In this document: positions 12,131-25,380 of the stretch, piece by piece
Layout of the letters: the number at the start of each line of letters is the position of its first letter
Position numbering within the stretch: position 1 is the first letter of the stretch
Source of the DNA: Podarcis tiliguerta
Taxonomy: Eukaryota
Length of the DNA: 64,000 bases
Reading direction: 5' to 3' (one strand)
NCBI GenBank assembly: GCA_965153285.1
Contig: OZ229120.1
Notes under the pieces: generated by a model
What the model was told of the DNA's origin: nothing
Database searches by the model: none
Seen by the model: only the letters and a program-made list of their open reading frames with translations
Program-made: the position numbers and the translations under genes

Positions 12131-15100
12131 GTTGCAGCAGACCTATGGGCCAATGAGGACCCTCCATAGATCCAGACAGCCTGGTTATTGTGTAAGCATC
12201 CTAATCTGTGATACGCACAAGATGCAGAAGCAGAACTACAGCAAAAGTCAGTAGACCGCTTTTGGTGCCAGTACAATGCCATGAATTGTGGTTTCAAACC
12301 AGTATAGGGACTGTTCCAAATCATACATCATCCCAGAATGCAGCATGGGGACAAAGAGTTGGTCTCCAAAGCTGTAATCGTATGCACGCTTAAATGTAAA
12401 CAAGCTCCACCAGCCTTACTGGACTTATTTCTGGGTAAACATACATAAAACTGCCTGGCAGGACTAGTTATAGAGAAATGCATTCCATTTAAATCCATGG
12501 GACTTATTTCTAATGAATCATGATTCGGATTAAGATGTAGAACAAATTTATCTTTTAGTAATGTTTCGGTACTACCTTATTTCCTAAGCAAAAGCAGAAC
12601 ACATTAAGAGCATGTAAAAGGTTTGTTCTGTCTGAGAAAGAAGGAAAGCCATCTCCCTCTCTGCATTGGCTGTCCCAATGTGCAAGCATTAACACCTAAA
12701 ATTAGATATAATTTTACTTGTGGGTGTAGACTGGCAGCTCACTAAAATGAAGTATGCACCACAGAAGGATTTATTATTTTTTTGTTAGATCCTGCTAGCT
12801 GAATCTGGAATCATTATGCCCAACACAGTTACAAAAGTAGAAAAACAAATGCCCCAGTTCAAAGAACATTCACTTGAAGGTCCACTTGATTTCAGTGGAA
12901 CTTCCAATAAGTGCACTTATACGATTGTTGCGTAATCACATGTCAAACCAGGTGAGATGCTTTACCAAGGTAGCTCTCCTAGAAGGATTTGTTTTTTCAT
13001 TACTGTTTAAATTGATGGGAAGATTTTTGAAGCTGCTCAACATTTTATTCTTATCTTGTAAAAAACAAAGAAGTTGAAAGCTTACATTTCAAGAAGGGTT
13101 TTTCTCTTTTTTGTTTGTTTGTTTGTTTTTGGAGAAAAGCACTTCCAAAGCGACTGACACCTGTTTGATTACAGAAGTCAGAAACAGGTGAGCCAATACC
13201 TACCAGGTGCAAATCTAACGCCTGATTGCAACAATGCAATAATAACAAGGCCAATAAATTCCAGAGGGATATAGCAATGTTAGGCTGTTGAAGCAAATAC
13301 AACAAAAAGAAGCAACTTTTGAAAATTCTTTTTAACATTATTGTTATTATATACTTATTTATACCCTACTTTTACCCTGACAGGGACTCAAGATGGCTTA
13401 CAGATAAAATAAGAACAGCTTTACCAAAACTCTGTAAACAGGATTGTTTAGTCTACATCCAATGCGTTCCCACCACTGGTTTGGGTCATGTGGTGTACAC
13501 AAGACATTAGCCACAATGCATATCTAACCTGCTGTTTCTTATGCAAGACTGCATTTTGATGTGTTTTCCCCCCACCCCCAAACCAACTTCAACCCAAACT
13601 GTGAAAAGGAAAGACCTAGCTGCTGTTTAAGCCAATAATGTGTACACAGCCTAAGAAGCCTGGATCAAATATCTGTTCCATTAGTACTGCCTCTTCATAT
13701 TATTTTGCAACACATATCACACGTATCTGGGTAATATAATTTGTCCTCATTTTGTACGTTTATCAAGAAAGGAGTCCATAGCAATTTACAACATAATTCA
13801 GTAACCAAGTTTCACCACTCAACTTTACAGAGCCATCTGTAGGTCTAGAATATCCCTGCTTCCAGATACCAATTGAAAAAATACATTTGCACATCCATTA
13901 CTGAACTTTAAGACTACCGATTCTATCACCAAATGTCTAGAAACTAAAACCAGTGCTAATCCCTGACTTTCTTGTGGCTCCTATCCTACTGTAATGACTA
14001 GAATCTTCAAATCCTTGTATTCAGAGGCTGTACTGCCTCTCCTAAGTATTACTGCTCAAGTCTTTGGGTCTATATATGATTGTGTAAACAGCTGGAGAAT
14101 TTGGACCTTCAGTTCACATATACAATTTATATTAGAGTTACGTTTAAAGAAACTAAAGTAAAACAAGTTTTACTTGCAATGTGTACCGAATTAGACCCAT
14201 TTAGTTTAGCTTATGAGTAGATTTTATAAGTTAGCATATAAACGGTTTTGTAAAAAAACCACACAAAACTCTTGTTTTACTGGGTCTTTTGTTCTATTCA
14301 GGATTAAGGTGCTCAGAAGCACCAGAACTAGCTGTTGCCAAGCCATAAACTGAATATTTAAAGGTTTACATATTCCAACTACCATATTTCATAAAATCGC
14401 TCTCTAAGCAATAAAAAAACCCCAGCTTGTTTAGGATAATTCCAGACGGTGTGTTTTTTCCAAGAAGTGGGTACCACAGGCTATATTTGCTCATCATCAA
14501 CAAAAAATAATATATAAGGCACAATACTTTATACTGTAAGAACAAAACAGGATAGTATTTCAAATCCTTTCTAATGTATATGGAGGTATGCTTGCTGAAC
14601 TTCTAATCACCACTTCCCCCTGTCCTGTAGTGTCAAATTTTTGCTCTCTCATGGAGAAATACTAGCGAGAAAAAATATTAGAAGTAATGAACCCATCAGT
14701 ACCACTGTGGCTTCTTACAAATTCTCCAAAGCAGCTAAGGATGGGTATAGTTACTATTCCTTGATATCTTAAATCCAGGAACTCATTTGAGCAGCATCTG
14801 GGTCTGTTTTTATCAAGACTCTGCCCAAGAAAGGTACCAATAGCAAAAATAATAAAGAACAAGATGGTTCAAAATACGTTTGGAGTGTATTGAACTGCAG
14901 CTTGTCCACACACATCTAGGATGGCAGAAGGGCAGGGCTGGAGCAGCTCAACCATACAGGTAGACTACCGTAATTAGCTAAGTGGAGCAACATACTATCC
15001 CTCATGCCAGCTCCCCCTTATTATTACACCTAGAGCCGAACAATTACTGAAAATGCATTCCTACTGCATACAGGGTCGAAATTCCCCCATGCCTCCCAAA

Positions 15101-15439
15101 CTTGGGGAAGGGCTGGCAAGTGCAATTTCCACTTAGTCGGAAGCCCAAAATCTTGTAGAAATTGACCACCTCTTTAAAAAAGAAGGCAAAATGGCAACAT
15201 CTTGTTGATGACGGCTGGATTGCCGACACCACAGACGAGGTTACCCAGACAAAACCCATCCCATCCCTTATTGCACACCCGGGTCGATGTGCAGAATGGC
15301 ATCCTCACCTGTATCCCCACAGGACACACACAGAAGAGGCAAAGGGGATGGCGCACACTAGCCCTATCCTAGGGACCTCGGAACTTGCACGCTTTGGGGA
15401 CCAGCGGCTTACAAAGGGGGCAGCCCCACGGAGGTCTCC

Positions 15440-16960
15440 CTCCCTCCTCTCCACACGCTTCATCGACGGACACCGGCCCGTTCAGAACTTCCGCTACAGC
15501 GTGCCGTCCATAGCCGACTCAGCCTCAGCTCGCCCCGTTCAGTGCCCTTCCCGGGGTCCAGGCAACCCCCAGCGCCCCCTGCCCGGAGGAGCCGCTACCT
15601 TTGGCGACGCTCTGAAAGGCGACGCCGGAGAGAAAAGCGCGCGAAGGAAGCCGAAGGTGTGGGAGCAGAGGGCGCCCCATCGGACGGGGCTCGGGCGGGG
15701 CAAGGGCAGCTACCTGCTTGTCCAGCGCGGCCTCCTTGGCGCTGACGGCGGAGGCGCCCTTGGGGGCCGGCGCCCTCTCGCAGGTGCAGCCTTCCAGCAT
15801 GTACATGCCGGCGGGCCGGGCGCTCTGCTCGCTCTCGAAGTAGAAGAGCACGTTCTGGTAGAGCGCGAACCACTTGTCGTGCCAGCGGCTCGTCTCCGCC
15901 GTCTTCTTGCTCAGGTAGCCGCGCTTGGTGCCCTCCTTGCGAGCCAGCACGGCCAGGTACAGGGCGTGCCCCTCGTTGTAGCGCACGCTCTTCTGCATGT
16001 TGCCTCCACCCGCCGCCGGGTCCCGGGCGCCTCCTGGTCAACCTTCCCCTCAGAGCGAGCCCGGCGTCGAGCAGCAGCCAAAGCGTCTCATGGTGAGCGC
16101 GGCTTCTCTCGACGGCCGAGGCGGGGCGGGGCAACCCGAGCCAGCCACGCTCCGTCGTGGCGCGCCAATGAGGACCCTCGCGCCGGCGCTGCTGCTGCTT
16201 CAGGTGGTGCAGCCACTGCCGCCTTCTTCCCGGGCGCTATTGCTCCTCCACTTCGACCCTGAGCTGCTGCCGCTTCCTCGGTCTGTCCCTGCGCATCCCT
16301 CGCTGCTGGCGAAGGACTCTCCCTCACGCGCCTTTCGCCCAGGGGAAAAAAAAGTTCTGCGAGGCGCGCTTTTTCGCGGGCTTCTTCCCAGCACGAGCTG
16401 GCTCCCCGGCTCCTTCTTGCTCCTCTTCCTGCTGCTGTTCCAGCCCCCCTCCCTGCCCCAAACTCCGCCAGGAGCCAGAAGGGGAAATATCACGTGGGAG
16501 ATCAGCTGTAATCGGCTTTGAGACCAATTTAAAGAGCAAAGTCGCCGCCGCTGCCGCTGCCAGAGCGCACGACCCCTCCCTGGGACGGCGCGCGCTTCCG
16601 CCTGGCTCCCTCTCTTGCTGCGCGAACGGAGCTGAGCTCCCGCTCTCTGTCTCTCCTCCCCCACCGCCTCCAGGGGGTTTATCTCCAGCCAGTCGAGCTG
16701 GCCGAAGGGAGCGTGAAAAAAGGAAGCCGAGAGGAGTAAGACAAGCACAGATATCCACGGCTGGAGAGAGGGAGACTGCAGCGTCCACGACTCTGATATA
16801 GCCGCGAAACAAACAAACACAAAATAACGCTGGGCGAAGTTAAGTGGACGGCTCAGGGCGCTCCTAGGCTCTCCAGCGTTGCTTTCTGGACGGAGAGATT
16901 AGCATGGAGCGATCATAAAATGCCTTCAGATACTCGCAGGGCACGCGGCAGGGCTTAGCA
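15440..16960. promoter_or_regulatory. CpG island: RASGRF2 promoter, 5'UTR, exon 1 and start of intron 1
   Basis: Abrupt switch to GC- and CpG-rich sequence in an AT-rich, CpG-poor window. Contains a GC box (GGGGCGGGG ~16122), an E-box CACGTG (16491) and CCAAT motifs (~16165, ~16524). Edges are approximate and the TSS cannot be fixed from sequence. Confidence 0.88.
15714..15998 (-). CDS. RASGRF2: RASGRF2 coding exon 1 (Ras-specific guanine nucleotide-releasing factor 2, N-terminal PH domain, 95 codons)
   Basis: Translates [71 protein letters not shown]...ALDKQ, matching the RASGRF2 N-terminus (not RASGRF1, MQKAIRLNDG). Start context GGCAAC ATG; phase-0 donor CAG|GTAGCT at 15713. Sits in a CpG island downstream of MSH3, as in human. 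Confidence 0.96.
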
Positions 16961-17229
16961 AACGTTCAGCTCCAGAACCCCTTTCGAGTGCCAAGGTTCA
17001 GGCCTGGTGTCGACCATGCAAATAATAATAGAGTATTTTCCACACCCAGCTCATAAAGGCCGTCTACTTTTCCTTCTTAACAGGAGTCCTTTGTTTTAGA
17101 ATTGACATCACTATGTAGTAGCTGGAAGTGGTCACCAGGGAATTTGGGACAAGGTGTTTCCAGTGCGCTGATGACACCCAGCTCCGTTTTTCCTTGTCAT
17201 CTGAGTAAGATGAAAGAGTGCAGAGGCCT

Positions 17230-17411
17230 GGAACATAGCAAGCTGCCTTCCTTATTCAGAGTCAGTGGCTTAGCATTGTTTGCACGGACAGGCTTGCAGC
17301 TCTCCAGGGATTTAGGCAGGAATCTTTCCCTGCCTTACCTGGGGACACCAGGAATTGAACATGGGACCTTTTGCATGCAGAGTATGTTTTCAGTGCTGAG
17401 TTACATCCCTT
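17230..17411 (-). mobile_element. Degenerate tRNA-headed SINE
   Basis: Minus-strand GTAACTCAGCACTG...GGTCCCATGTTCAATTCCTGG (A/B boxes) and tail AAGGCAGCTTGCTATGTTC; related to 44535-44828. Confidence 0.65.
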
Positions 17412-19559
17412 CAAGTGGCTAGAGGCAATAAGGGACAAACAACAACCTAGGCACTGCCTGCTGATATTTGCAGCGTTGAGTGAAGTCTGAAATAGCATCC
17501 TGCTTGTAGAACAAACTGCCCTTGGAGGTTCAGCTGACACTAACATTATTTAGCTTTAGATGCCAGCAAAATACCTGCATTTTTCTTCAATGCTTTAAAC
17601 AATGAGGATCTTGTCTGTATGTGAGGAAATTGACAGATTGCTGATATTTTACTGTGTTTTATGTTTATTGTTCTAAGTATTTATTGTTGCAACCCACCCT
17701 GGTGTCTTGTGATGAAGGGCAGGGTACAAGTTTTTAAAATAAATATAGGGCAGGCACAAATTAAACAACTGAAGCTATTTTTCCTGGCTTGGAAATGTAG
17801 TAGCAGGAGAAGCTTCTGGCTAGCGTCCAGTGTTTTCAAGCTTGTTACGCAGTTGTTGAAAACACTAGAGCCCTGCCAGAAAAAAGGGCAGCCTTTCTGT
17901 GCCCACACACAGTTTGGAAGGATAAGAAGTCAAGGTGTAACTTTCAGGTAGGCATTAACCTCTTGACCCCTATTCTTTCCGTATAGTTCCTTTCCTCAAC
18001 TCTACTAGTAGCCAGAAAGGGAAGTTAAACATTACAATAAGAAATTTATTGTGAATATGCTTTCTCCACACTCACACTCCCCTACCCTCTTCTCAGGATG
18101 TTTGTATTAGTTCATTTTCCACCTAAACACAACATCACCTAAACAACACATTTTCCACCTGAACACAAAAGCTTGGATGCCTGTGTTCTTCTAAATTTAA
18201 ATACGAGCTGCCTGAGTAAAGAAATATCAGTCTATTGGCCCATAAGTTTAAGACTAAAACCCTATTACTTTAGTCATTCACTTAAGACACTTGCTCATAG
18301 GTATGTCTCATTTACTTTTGGGTAGGATTTACTTTTGTGTAGGCAGGATTGCACCGTTAATCACTTTATTAATTCATCAATTAGATTTGTGTGTGCATAA
18401 AGCCAAGTCCTGTTATGAAGAATAACATGCTTGCTTTGTTTCCAGCCATTTTCATAGAATATTAAGGAAATTCATTCTGCAGTGATTTGGACGTTTTTAT
18501 CATTCCCCTAGACTAGAGTGATTTATAGTGCTCAGATGAACTTGATCCTGGTGAGATTTTTAAAAAGTAACCATCCTCTACTATTTATACAAAAGCAGGT
18601 TATTGCAATTATTAATTTGCTTTGAGCAGCCAGCTGAGCTAAAAATCAAACTCAGTGAAAGTAAGGCTGACATATTCTTGCTGCAATAGCAGCTCAGCTG
18701 CAAGGTCACTCAAACTTGCAAGATATCTCCCACAAGATCAAACAAATTGGCAAAATCCGAATTGACCAGCTGTTCCAGCTGTTTGCCATTAGAATCTCTG
18801 CAGCATTGACATCCCTCTGCACTAATCACCATAAAGGATTGCCAGCTACAATAAAACCATAGCTGCATTTTATAAGTAAACAGGATATACCAACTGAGTT
18901 ATAACAACAGGTTTCTATTAATTTAATTCTTTTTCTGTATACACAATGGTATAATTTCACATTTGTGAATCTTCTTTTTCATCTTAACATATCACAAAAC
19001 CCTCTCTGTAAAATCTCTCACAGTAGTTCAGTCAATTGTGTATGTGGATGGGGGCACAATACTGATAAGATGGCTTATGTTGGGATATATTGACCATGTA
19101 GTCTAAATACTTAACATCTTTTTTTATGAGTGTTTTCCAGATATTTTTAAAAAAGTTATTGCAAGTTGGTGCATTTCCTAATGATACAAATTTCAAAAAG
19201 CAACAACCTGGTATTCAAAATATATTTTACAGTAAAAATGGGTAAAAATTAATCAGCATGTTAAGCACAAAGATTTCTGGTATACTGAAATTGCTGTAAA
19301 ATCATGCTTAATGTACTCCCACTCTAGGCTTAAGTGTCCTGATCCAGCCAGGATGGTGCCCAAGGAGCTTCCTTTGTCCTTTTTGGACTAGAACATGCAT
19401 GTGCATGTAGATGCCAGTGTCACATTTCCACTACAAAACTGCAGTGTTTTAGCAATTAGTTTGTGGTAGCTACAGATATTTCCCGTTCCCACTTTAATTT
19501 TGGTTTGCTATGAAATTGCACTTAGAGGCTACATGTAGTATTTATTCTTGTATCCTATA

Positions 19560-19773
19560 CAGTGGTACCTTGGGTTACAGATGCTTCAGGTTACAGACTC
19601 CACTAACCCAGAAATAGTACCTCGGGTTAAGAACTTTACTTCAGGATGAGAACAGAAATTGTGTGGCGCAGTGGCAGCAGGAGGCCCCATTAGCTAAAGT
19701 GGTACCTCAGGTTAAGAACAGTTTCAGAACGGACCTTCAGAATGAATTAAGTTCTTAACCCAAGGTACCACTG
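19560..19773. mobile_element. Same Tc1/mariner MITE, copy 2 (opposite orientation)
   Basis: TA|CAGTGGTACCTTGGG...CCCAAGGTACCACTG|TA. Confidence 0.9.
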
Positions 19774-19907
19774 TATTTCCAGTAAACGGAGTTCATAGAT
19801 CCATTACTTGCAGGTGAATTCTACTCCTGTTTTACGAGCATAATATGTTGTATTGACTCGTACATGACTCTGAAAAGTGCTGTTGAGCCTGCCTTGTGCT
19901 TTTTTTG

Positions 19908-20330
19908 TAGAATTGAAAGGCACCTCAGAGGTCAACTAGTACAGCCACCTCCAGATGCAGGAAACCCTGTATCTACTTAAAAATGTCTAGCGAAGGACTC
20001 TTCTTCATTGGAAGATTTTAAGCAGAGATTGGGTCACTATCTGTCATGGATACCTTAGTTGAGATGCCTGCATTGCAGGGGGTAGGACTACATGACCCTT
20101 GGGGTCCCTTCTAACTCTACAATTCTATGAAAGGATACTCTTATCTTCCAATAAAGTCTGTTCCATTGTTGAACAGCTTGTACCACCAGGGCATTCTTCC
20201 CAATGTTTTATCAAAATGCCCTTCCTTTTGATCTTTAAATTTGAACCCAATCGTTGGAGTCCTACTTTGGAGCAACAGGTCCATATATTTGTGACAGCCC
20301 TTTAGATATTTGAAGATGGCTATCATATAT
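19908..20330. mobile_element. Minus-strand CR1 3' fragment containing a plus-strand CR1 3' end (20003-20130)
   Basis: Host encodes MIAIFKYLKGCH on the minus strand; insert ends GGTCCCTTCTAACTCTACAATTCTATGA, flanked by AAGGACTCTT / AAGGATACTCTT. Confidence 0.7.
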
Positions 20331-21764
20331 TAACTTACCCAGCTCCTGGGTAGCTTCCTGTGTTCCTATCTTCATCAATAGGCACATCAAAGGTCTTGCC
20401 ATTGTGTGTTTCCCAAAGAACATTTGGGAAGAAAGTTCAGATTCACTCTCCATGATGGAAAAGATACTGGTACATCATGATGGAGATTGCATAATTCTTA
20501 GAACACCCAGATAATTCTCCAACATGAGTCAACTGAGATGTTCTGATAGGAGAACTCAACAAGCAAAATGTTTGGCATTGCTAAATGTATCAAAAGGAAC
20601 TTGGTAACTATGGCAACAAAATTAGCACTAAAGCAACATGTTATATCAGGGTGGAATTTCACCACTAATAGTTTATATTCAGCTTGAATGTTGCCCAAGA
20701 GCAGACATTCAAAGCATCTGCATCACTAAGAAATAGTGTTCAAAAATTTAGAAAGGCTCTCTTTAGCACTATACTCTGAAACCATGTTCTAGGCAATTTT
20801 ACTTCATTAGAAAGGAAAAGCGCACAGACCTGTTGTCAACTGATACAGCCGGCGTTATACAGAAAAGGCAAGAAAGCGTTGTAGATGCATTGCCGATGCA
20901 CAACACCCCGTGAGACAAATACAGATGAATTCTGTTAGAAAGCCTGCAAACAGCTGCTACAGAAGTTTGAAAATCATTTCAATAGAAACAGGGTTCATAA
21001 ACCAGATGTAGCTATCATTCCCTATAGTCCCCTGAATATAAACATTTAATCTGTTATGCAGTTCAGAACCTCTCCAAAATATAGTAGGGAACTATTTTCC
21101 ACTGGCTTATATGGCTTGTGGAAGGTTATGTATTTTCCTGGTATAATCCACTTCAAACTAACCCTATTTTAAGCTTAAGTGTGACTTCACTGAGAGGCAG
21201 TCAACTCAATACTTGGTGAATAATGATTGTAAAGATCTCTGGAAGGCCTTACTTTAGATAAGAATATAGGATTGGTACAATTCTGGATTTAATTCAAAAC
21301 TAGTATATTGATATATTTTCTATGTACTATTGTATTTGAAATCCTATTCAGTGTCCTTGAATAGCAGTGCTAGTAGTATTACTACTGCTATTCCTTGACT
21401 TTCAAAGTTTTACTTAAAAAAAGAAACACCATGAAGATTGCTTCACAAAGTGAGCTTGTGGCTTCGTTCTCATGTAACACTAAATCATAGTTTGAACTGG
21501 GGAAACACTCTGGTCTCTACTATCTTGTGGGGAGAAAAGTCACTGGCAGGTTGCATCCCCTGCCTTCTTGTCAAAAAGAAGACCATCCTAGCCCCACACA
21601 TCTGCCAGAGGATGAGAATAAGGAGCTGCAGGTAGCTCACTCCCCCCACACCCTGCCACATTTCGCTCCAACTACCACATGCCCTTGGGCTTCAGGAGTG
21701 AGAGGAAGCCTTTGCCACAACACAGAGGAACAAGGATTGCTGGGTCAGTTTCAGCACCTCTATA

Positions 21765-21982
21765 CAGTGGTACCTCTGGTTACGTACTTAATTCGTCCCA
21801 GAGGTCTGTTCTTAACCTGAAACTGTTCTTAACCTGGAGCACCACTTTAGCTAATGGGGCCTCCTGCTGCTGCCGCACTGCGATTTCTGTTCTCATCCTG
21901 AAGCAAAGTTCTTAACCCGAGGTACTATTTCTGGGTTAGGGGAGTCTGTAACCTGAAGCGTATGTAACCCGAGGTACCACTG
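21765..21982. mobile_element. Same Tc1/mariner MITE, copy 3
   Basis: TA|CAGTGGTACCTC...GAGGTACCACTG|TA. Confidence 0.9.
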
Positions 21983-22798
21983 TACAAGCAAGACAAGCAG
22001 CAAGATCCACATGGATATAAATGCCTTCTTTTTTTGCAGTTTATGATTTTGTTCTGGCATTGTCAAACTGATCTCCCTCCTGCACTATTCACCTCAACCC
22101 CCTTTTTCTTGTGTCTTCACTTTCTAGTTTATAAGCCTCAGGGCAGTGCCTGTCTGTTTTTCTCTCTTTTTGACGTGAGCTGCTTAGGGAGACAATCTTT
22201 GCCTGGAAAGCAAGATAGTAAATAAACAGCTTAGTGTTACATATTGTTGCACGCTACCCCACTCTCTGAGCAGTGCAAGATTCCAGGAGTTCCAGGCACT
22301 TACTCAGGGTTCATGTTTCCTTCGGAATGAGGTACAGTGAAGACTGTCGTGTCTTTATGGCAAATGGTTTATTCACACATATATACAGTTTGAGTCTACG
22401 ATGGAGGGGTTCACAGCATTAACACTCCAAGAAGGTATTGCTTCCCCCAAAGCCACAGACTTGTATGCAAGCAGAAATCAGGCATTTCTCTACCTGGCAG
22501 GCTTCAGCCTTCTTCCTCCAGCTTCTAGCTTACACACACAACTCAGCTCTGACCTTTGCCTTTTCTAACTACGGTAACTATCAGCAAGTTGAGGAAAGGG
22601 GCCTACTTGTTTGCCACTAGGCCTTCGCTACTGGCAAAGCTGTAGCAAAGGATTGTGGAAGGATTTGCTTCCATTTTCAGTTAACCATGGTTTGTTATGC
22701 TTGAGCCTTGACAAACTGTGGTTAGCTTTAACTATGGTTTGTTAATAAGCAAGCTTCAAATCATAATTCTGGCTTATTTGCATAAACCGGGGATGGGG

Positions 22799-23342
22799 TG
22801 TCATGGGCCAGCTTGGCCTGCGGAACAGCAGCCTGAGGGGGGAGAAGACAGAGTGACTCCACCTGCAGCTGATCAGCATTCAAGGACACAGAGAAGATGA
22901 CACTGATGAGAACCATCTTCAGCCATCTTCAGCAGAGCTTCCAGCAGTAGATGCTGGTAAGAATGTTTGTAGTTCCTGGCCCTACCTTGGTGTTTCCTGC
23001 TTGTCTTGGCCGCCTGATCATCGGATTCCCTGACCCCTGGTCCGTTTGACCACATGGATTGCAGTTTACTCGACTCTAGGACTGGACCCAACTTCAGATG
23101 CCGACTCTGCGTTCAGGCAAGTACACATCAGAGAGTCTTAAGGTTGGCTGGCCTCCCACTCCACTAAGCTCTGCATGTTTTTGCTCAGCAATGAGATTAC
23201 GGTAGTGGGGACCCCAGGCTTCTGTTTCTGACCCCTGGGACTCTCCCCAGCCCATAACTTCTTCCTTGCCACACTCCTTAGCAGACCTGTTTGGGGCCCT
23301 CCTTCGGTGCTTATGCCTGGCTGGAATGCATGAACCCTGACA
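22799..23342. mobile_element. Possible solo LTR (Gypsy/ERV-like)
   Basis: GC-richer block bounded by TGTCATGGG...CCCTGACA (TG...CA with short inverted ends); no clear TSD. Confidence 0.45.
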
Positions 23343-23981
23343 ATGCTACTTGCTAGAGGGATAGATAACCTATTGTACAATGATGAAAGTTCACATCAAC
23401 TTTTCCGCTCACCTTTGCCTCTGGCCTGGTCTAGCAACAGCACATGACCCCAAGAAGGCTGGTTAGCAGTAATTGCACTTCTGTGTCTGTGAACTGCACG
23501 GTGTTTCTGGAATTGGGCAGTGTTTATCCAGAAGGGATGATGTCTTCAGAGAAATTTTGACCAATTCACATACTTCTAGTTTCTTTGTTTTAAATGGGCA
23601 TTATTAGAGTTCTACGGTGTTCATTGTTTTCTTTCTTAAAAAATACCCCATGGTGCTCAGTCAGGATTGTAAAATGTTACAGTTATTATCACTTACTACT
23701 GTAATTATTTTGTATGATGAAGCTTTCCCATCCTGCAAAGCTGAGCAAGTGTTCTACCCAAGGGTATGTCTTTATGTTTCTCTGTTATTCATCTGTAATG
23801 CAAGTTGACAAGCACTATAACTGAGAGGAAGGAAAATGAGGGGTCTGGATTAAAGGTTGCTATTATGTAGAAAGAGGTTGCACTGAAAAATCTCAATAGA
23901 AGACCCAGGAATCCTTTTATCAGGGCTATTTTTGATCTTTTAAAAATGGAAACATTACTCAAGATTAATTTATTTCTAAAT

Positions 23982-24008
23982 TGTGTGTGTGTGTGTGTAC
24001 GCGCGCGC
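23982..24008 (+). repeat. (TG)n-TA-(CG)n alternating purine-pyrimidine tract (similar tract at ~53066-53100)
   Basis: TGTGTGTGTGTGTGTGTACGCGCGCGC; Z-DNA-prone composition. Confidence 0.85.
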
Positions 24009-24445
24009 TCCTGGAAGAAACACCCTGTCACCCTGGATTCAACTCTTGTCATGTTCTTAGAAGTTATTACATGACTAATGCTAAAATGTGGATGCGCATT
24101 TCCACTGAAAGCAACACAGTGTGGACAGCTGGAATTGAGTTTGCTGTAATGCTAAACTTAGGTGGTTTAATGCCAATCAGTTTGGACGTGAAACAGAGCC
24201 ATCCCAAAAATAAGATTGTGGTTTCTATATACATGTCTCCCTCCCTAGGAACTCAGAAGTATATTCGTTTATAAATTAAAAGAAAAATAAATGCTTAACC
24301 TTCCCTACATCAAAGCAAGGCAACAAAGTCATATCCTGAGTAGCTTATTTCTCATGGAAATTGATGGAAAACATTCTTAAAGCTAGAATGATTAAACATA
24401 TAGAAAAGAAACCCTGTTGAGGAACATTAGGAGACTAACTAACTA

Positions 24446-24671
24446 CAGTGGTACCTCTGGTTACATACTTAATTCGTTTCAGACGTCCGTTCTTAACCTG
24501 AAACTGTTCTTAACCTGAGGTACCACTTTAGCTAGTGGGACCTCCAGCTGCTGCTGCCCTGCGGCTGCGCGGTTTCTGTTCTCATCCTGAAGCAAAGTTC
24601 TTAACCCGAGGTACTATTTCTGAGTTAGTGGAATCTGTAACCTGAAGCGTATGTAACCTGAGGTACCACTG
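24446..24671. mobile_element. Same Tc1/mariner MITE, copy 4
   Basis: TA|CAGTGGTACCTC...GAGGTACCACTG|TA. Confidence 0.9.
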
Positions 24672-25234
24672 TACCAGTGAGTTGAGGGAGTGGGACCCAC
24701 ACATTTTGTGTCTGACACAGAGCCTAATTTCCTTTGTTACCTTAATGACCCATATTTAGAGGGTCATTATAAGGAAGCTTGTCTGGTTATTCCAACAATT
24801 TGAATCTTTCCTTAGACTTCAACGCTTGCTGGATCCAGGAATTGAAAGGGTCAAATGCACCTGCAACCTCGATTTATATAAATGCATTGTTACTGGCAGG
24901 CCCCCCATCCCCTTTCGAAATAATCCTTAGCAAGAAATTTGCATCTTTTCATCTCTTCTGGACATTGTATTGATATTACATTGACAACCCAAATACCCAT
25001 TTCGCCATCTTGTTAATACATGATCTAATATTGGATTAGGCTTCCAGTCTGGCTTGTACTACTGAGAGCTCTCAGTGCTCAATGTGGGAAGATTTTCTCT
25101 CTCCCAGTTGTGTTTGCCTATGTTTTCAGAGCAGCGTCAATGCATATCTGATGGTCAGGAGGGAACTATTGTATTCAGTAATAGGGTTGGAAAACCCCAG
25201 TCCCAGGGTCCAAATGCAGCCCTCCCCACATCAA

Positions 25235-25380
25235 CCTGAATAGCTCAATTGGTTAGAGCGTGGTGCTGATAATGCCAGGGTGGCAGGCTCAGTCCCCATA
25301 TGGGACAGCTGCATATTCCTGCATCGCGGGGGGCTGGATCAGATGATCTTCAGGGTGCCTTCCAACTCTAGAATTCTATG
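25235..25380 (+). mobile_element. tRNA-Ile-derived short SINE with CR1-type 3' end (Squam2-like)
   Basis: TAGCTCAATTGGTTAGAGCGTGGTGCTGATAATGCC head resembles tRNA-Ile; tail CCTTCCAACTCTAGAATTCTATG. Appears to sit inside a degenerate hAT-like element (~25183-25640). Confidence 0.8.

Noticed and set aside
1-15400. RASGRF2 exon 2 or a nested gene in intron 1
   Set aside because: No segment encoding the expected YYFTV...LELR continuation was found, and the short ORFs have no recognisable homology.
15525-15713. C-terminal part of the 157-aa ORF after ...ALDKQ
   Set aside because: Read-through into intron 1; homology ends at the CAG|GT donor.
15162-16262. 366-aa plus-strand ORF, the longest in the window, and other overlapping ORFs at 15500-16820
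   Set aside because: It starts at TTG, is antisense to RASGRF2 exon 1 and lies in a CpG island where stops are rare; low-complexity A/R/G/P sequence with no recognisable domain. Antisense non-coding transcription is possible but cannot be shown from sequence.
16000-17000. REST/NRSF (RE1) site in the neuronal gene promoter
   Set aside because: Only partial matches (e.g. CTGTCC at ~16283); no convincing 21-bp consensus by eye.
25235-25310. tRNA-Ile-like sequence
   Set aside because: Degenerate B box and stems, runs into a CR1-type tail and has a second copy at 46706-46860: a SINE, not a tRNA gene.
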